Positions 60,900-64,000 of a stretch of DNA of 64,000 bases are shown piece by piece. Source of the stretch: Prorocentrum cordatum (Eukaryota). Made by a program: the position numbers and the translations under genes. Every line of letters begins with the position of its first letter. Positions within the stretch are counted from its first letter, which is position 1. The notes beneath the pieces are model-generated. The model was not told the DNA's origin. It ran no database searches and saw only the letters and a program-made list of their open reading frames with translations. Location of the stretch: positions 1 through 64,000 of the forward strand of contig CAUYUJ010000303.1 in assembly GCA_963575745.1 (NCBI GenBank), given 5' to 3'.

Positions 60900-61875
60900 G
60901 GGGGGTGTTCACGGAGTCGTTCGGGCCGTTCGTTCGCGTGCGCATGCTTCTGCAGTTTTCTGCGCGTCGTTCGGGCCGCTCGTCCTGGTGCGAGTCGTTC
61001 GGGCCCTTCCCCACCAGCCCATCTCGCAGCAGCAACTCTCGCGAAGCATGCCGACAGTCGTGTTTTTTTCAGGCGTGTGTCCGCTGGGCCCCGCATATCC
61101 CCCTGTTCTTCCTTCCTCCTGCCTCCTTGCACATCCTCCTTGTGGGGGGGGGGCGGGGGAGGGACGAGGCGAAGGAGGAGGGAGAGAAAGCGCCCCTCGT
61201 GGTTTGAGTCGTTTGGGGGTTCTCGTCCTGGTCTGAGTCGTTCGGGCCCTTCTTCCTGGAGTGAGTCTCTCGGGCTTTTCGTTGTGTGAGTCGTTCGGGC
61301 TCTTCGCCCTGGTGTGAGTCGTTCGGGCTTCTCGTGGTGTGAGTTGTTCGGGCCCGTCGTCCTGGTGTGAGTCGTTCGGGCCCCTCCTCCTGGTGTGACT
61401 CGTTTGGGCCCCTCGTGGCGTGAGTCGTTCGGGGCCCGCGTCGCGGTGTGAGTCCTTCGGGCTCCTCGTGGTGTGAGTCGTTCGGGCGCGTCGTCTTGGT
61501 GCGAGTCGTTCGGGCGCCTTCTTGTGGTGTGAGTCGTTCGGCCTCTTCGTGGTGTGAGTCCTTCGGGCCCCTCGTCCTGATGTGAGTCGTTCGGGCTCCT
61601 CGTGGGGCCCCTTGGGGGCCTCTTCGAGCCTCGTGCGGCCTCTCTTGGGGGCCTCTTGGGGGCCTCTTGGGGGCCTCTTGGGGCGTCGTGGGCCTCTTGG
61701 GGATCTCTTGGGGGCCTCTTGGGGGCCTCTTGGGGCCTCGTGGGGCCTCCTGGGGACCTCTTGGGGTCCTCTTGGGAGCCTCTTCGGGCCGCTTGGCGGC
61801 GTCTCGGGGGCCTCTTGGAGGCCTCTTGGGAGCCTCCGGGGGGCCTCTTGGGGCCATCTTGGGGCCTCTTGCGAT
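60900..61875. repeat. ~28-bp GTGTGAGTCGTTCGGGC satellite followed by the GGGGCCTCTT satellite
   Basis: Head-to-tail units with no unique spacers. Confidence 0.9.
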
Positions 61876-64000
61876 CTCCGCAGAAGCGCGAAGGAGAGCT
61901 GCCCCCTGAGAAGGACAAAATGAGCGCAAAACCTTAATAAAATCAATTGGTAGAGTAGGAGGCAGAGCAGCAGTGGTACGATGAGTAGTAGCAGCAGTAG
62001 TTGTAGTAGACTTCGTAGTGGCAGTAGAAGTAGTAGTGGGAGTAGTAATAGTAGGGGTCGTCGTAGTAGTCGTAGTAGTCGTTGTAGTAAATGACTGAGG
62101 GCGGCCGTCGTCGAAACCCACGGTCTTTCCCGACCAGCGTCGTTGTCGTTGCCAGTCTGGCTTCTAGTATTGGAGTGTGGCTGTGAGCTTCGCTCCGCCT
62201 ACCCGTAACGCACGCGCCTACTGTGTTTTTTGGCGCGAGGTGGCTTGTGTGTGCAAATGCCGCACGTAGCCCAGCATTGCTACGAGATCTCCATTTTTGC
62301 ATCTCATGTGAGCCATATTCTTCTCCATTCGCCCCGCGTTCGTGTCAGCAGGTCGTCGTGGCGGTTGGCGCTCGGTGACATGCAGGCACGGCGGTCAGCG
62401 CGAGATGTCTATGAGACGCGCCACTTTCGAGATTTCATCCGCAGGATCCATCGTCATTGCGACATCAGATCATGGATTCCCCTTCGCACCTATACACGCA
62501 TGTATTCAATACAGGCGCACGCATGCATCAAAGGCGGTCCGACACACATCAAGAATGCACAGAAAGACATGCACAGAAGTTCAACGTTGTCCTCTGCCTC
62601 TTCCCCAGAGAGTACGAGTGGTGCGCCAGTTTTCTTGCGGATGTTGAGTAGGCACATGTGGAGGTCTGGGAGTCGTCGCCCCAAGTGTCGTTTGCCGCGC
62701 TCGTGTGCAGGCGACGCGTGGAGCGTTGCGCAACGTGTGGGCTGAAGTGGTTCGCTTTGCCTTCTGGAAAGACGGGACTCAGTCGATTTAGGTAGAACGC
62801 TCTTCGTAGTTGTGCAGGAGTACAGCGTGCTGAGAGGTCTTGCAGGTATGCAGGAGCTCGAGACTGTCAACATGACTGTCGGCGTATCCCGTCACAGTCC
62901 ACGTAGAGGATCGAGGCTTATCGTGCTTCTCGTTGTCCAGGGGCCTGGGTTCTAGTTCTCTGGTGTTGCAGGGGTTCCGATTGTCAGGACATAGTATTAT
63001 ACACGGTTGTCCTTGATGCAGTTCCAGGTAACTTCCAAGGTTCCCACAGGGTGAGTCGATCGGGTTTCTCGCGGCGTGAGCAGTTCGGGCTTCTGGGGCT
63101 AGTGGGAGTCGGTCGAGCCTTTCTGTGTGTATGAGACGTTCGGGATCGTCCTGCAAGGAGTCGTGATCTCTGGTAGAATTGACATTGGTCGTTCCGCTCT
63201 TCGTCTTCTTCCTCCTTTTCCTTCTCGGATTTCTTGTCGCGCGGTCACGCAGGTTTTCACCTGCGTGGTTCGGGCCATTGCCGAAGGCTAAGGAGCGCCC
63301 AGGAGTGCCCCAGCGTTGTCGTCGCTGTTGCCACTTTGGCTTACAGCATTGCGGTTCGGCTGTGAGCGTAGCTCCGCCCATGAGCACAAGCCTCTTTCTT
63401 CAGGTGCCCTTGCTGTCGTCATGGAGAGGCGCTGGTACGCCCTGCTACTTTGGCTTGCATAAGGGGCTCCTTGGAGCGAGGAGGGCGAGGAGTCGGTGAT
63501 CATGCTTCCTTTTTGTGGCAAGTTTCGATCGTCGCCGTACTGCCGTCGCCCAGCATACATGGCGGAGTGTTTGCCGCCTGAGCTAGTTCTGCACATAAAC
63601 CAGAACGCCGTCAGAGCACTAGTGTTCACGAAGCAGGCTGTCGCGGTCAAATTTGCTCACCTGACGAAGAAGCCGATGCAGGATGGCAGCGGCGACCTCA
63701 ATTGCATGAGGAAACTCGTCGCTCAGGTAGGCACGAGTTTGTATTTCCATGTGTGCAGCATGAACCCGTTCACCGACCAAGACGCCCGTTGGCGCGTAGA
63801 CTTCGTCGGCGACGTTGCAACTGTGAGGCATCGCATGGCGGGGATGATGAGTGCGCCGGAGTGTCGAACATGGGCATCCATGGCAATTCGCGTAGCGCAG
63901 GTTTGTGAGACCCTCTCAATGCTCACCCTCACGTGAGCCCACCTCGTTGGAAGCAGCTTATCGGAGCGGAGCGCTCTATGTCGGCACGGCAGCGCCGAGA

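Noticed and set aside
59520..61600. ~28-bp GTGTGAGTCGTTCGGGC arrays as a CRISPR array
   Set aside because: The units are head-to-tail with no unique spacers, there are no cas genes, and the context is eukaryotic.

Overview
Eukaryotic, GC-rich DNA made almost entirely of repeats. A perfect 22-nt dinoflagellate spliced leader (DinoSL, TCCGTAGCCATTTTGGCTCAAG, 4045-4066) identifies it as dinoflagellate nuclear DNA; a Prorocentrum-like source is only inferred from composition. I can support no intact host gene, although short exons cannot be excluded. The window holds four large decayed LINEs, two LINE 3' fragments, two or three decayed DIRS/tyrosine-recombinase remnants, many MITEs, Helentron-like satellite-carrying elements and microsatellites. 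Highlights: (1) a full-length LINE (4045-11084) that starts with the SL plus a diverged second SL copy, ends in a (GTACA)n tail and is bounded by a 17-bp TSD inside a MITE whose empty copy is also in the window, which implies a trans-spliced LINE RNA; (2) a minus-strand LINE with the order ORF1-RNase H-APE-RT-C2H2-C5 DNA methyltransferase; (3) Helentron-like termini shared by satellite-bearing repeats, including one SL-like/hairpin motif in three copies. All domain calls come from motif recognition by eye in degenerate frames; no searches were run.
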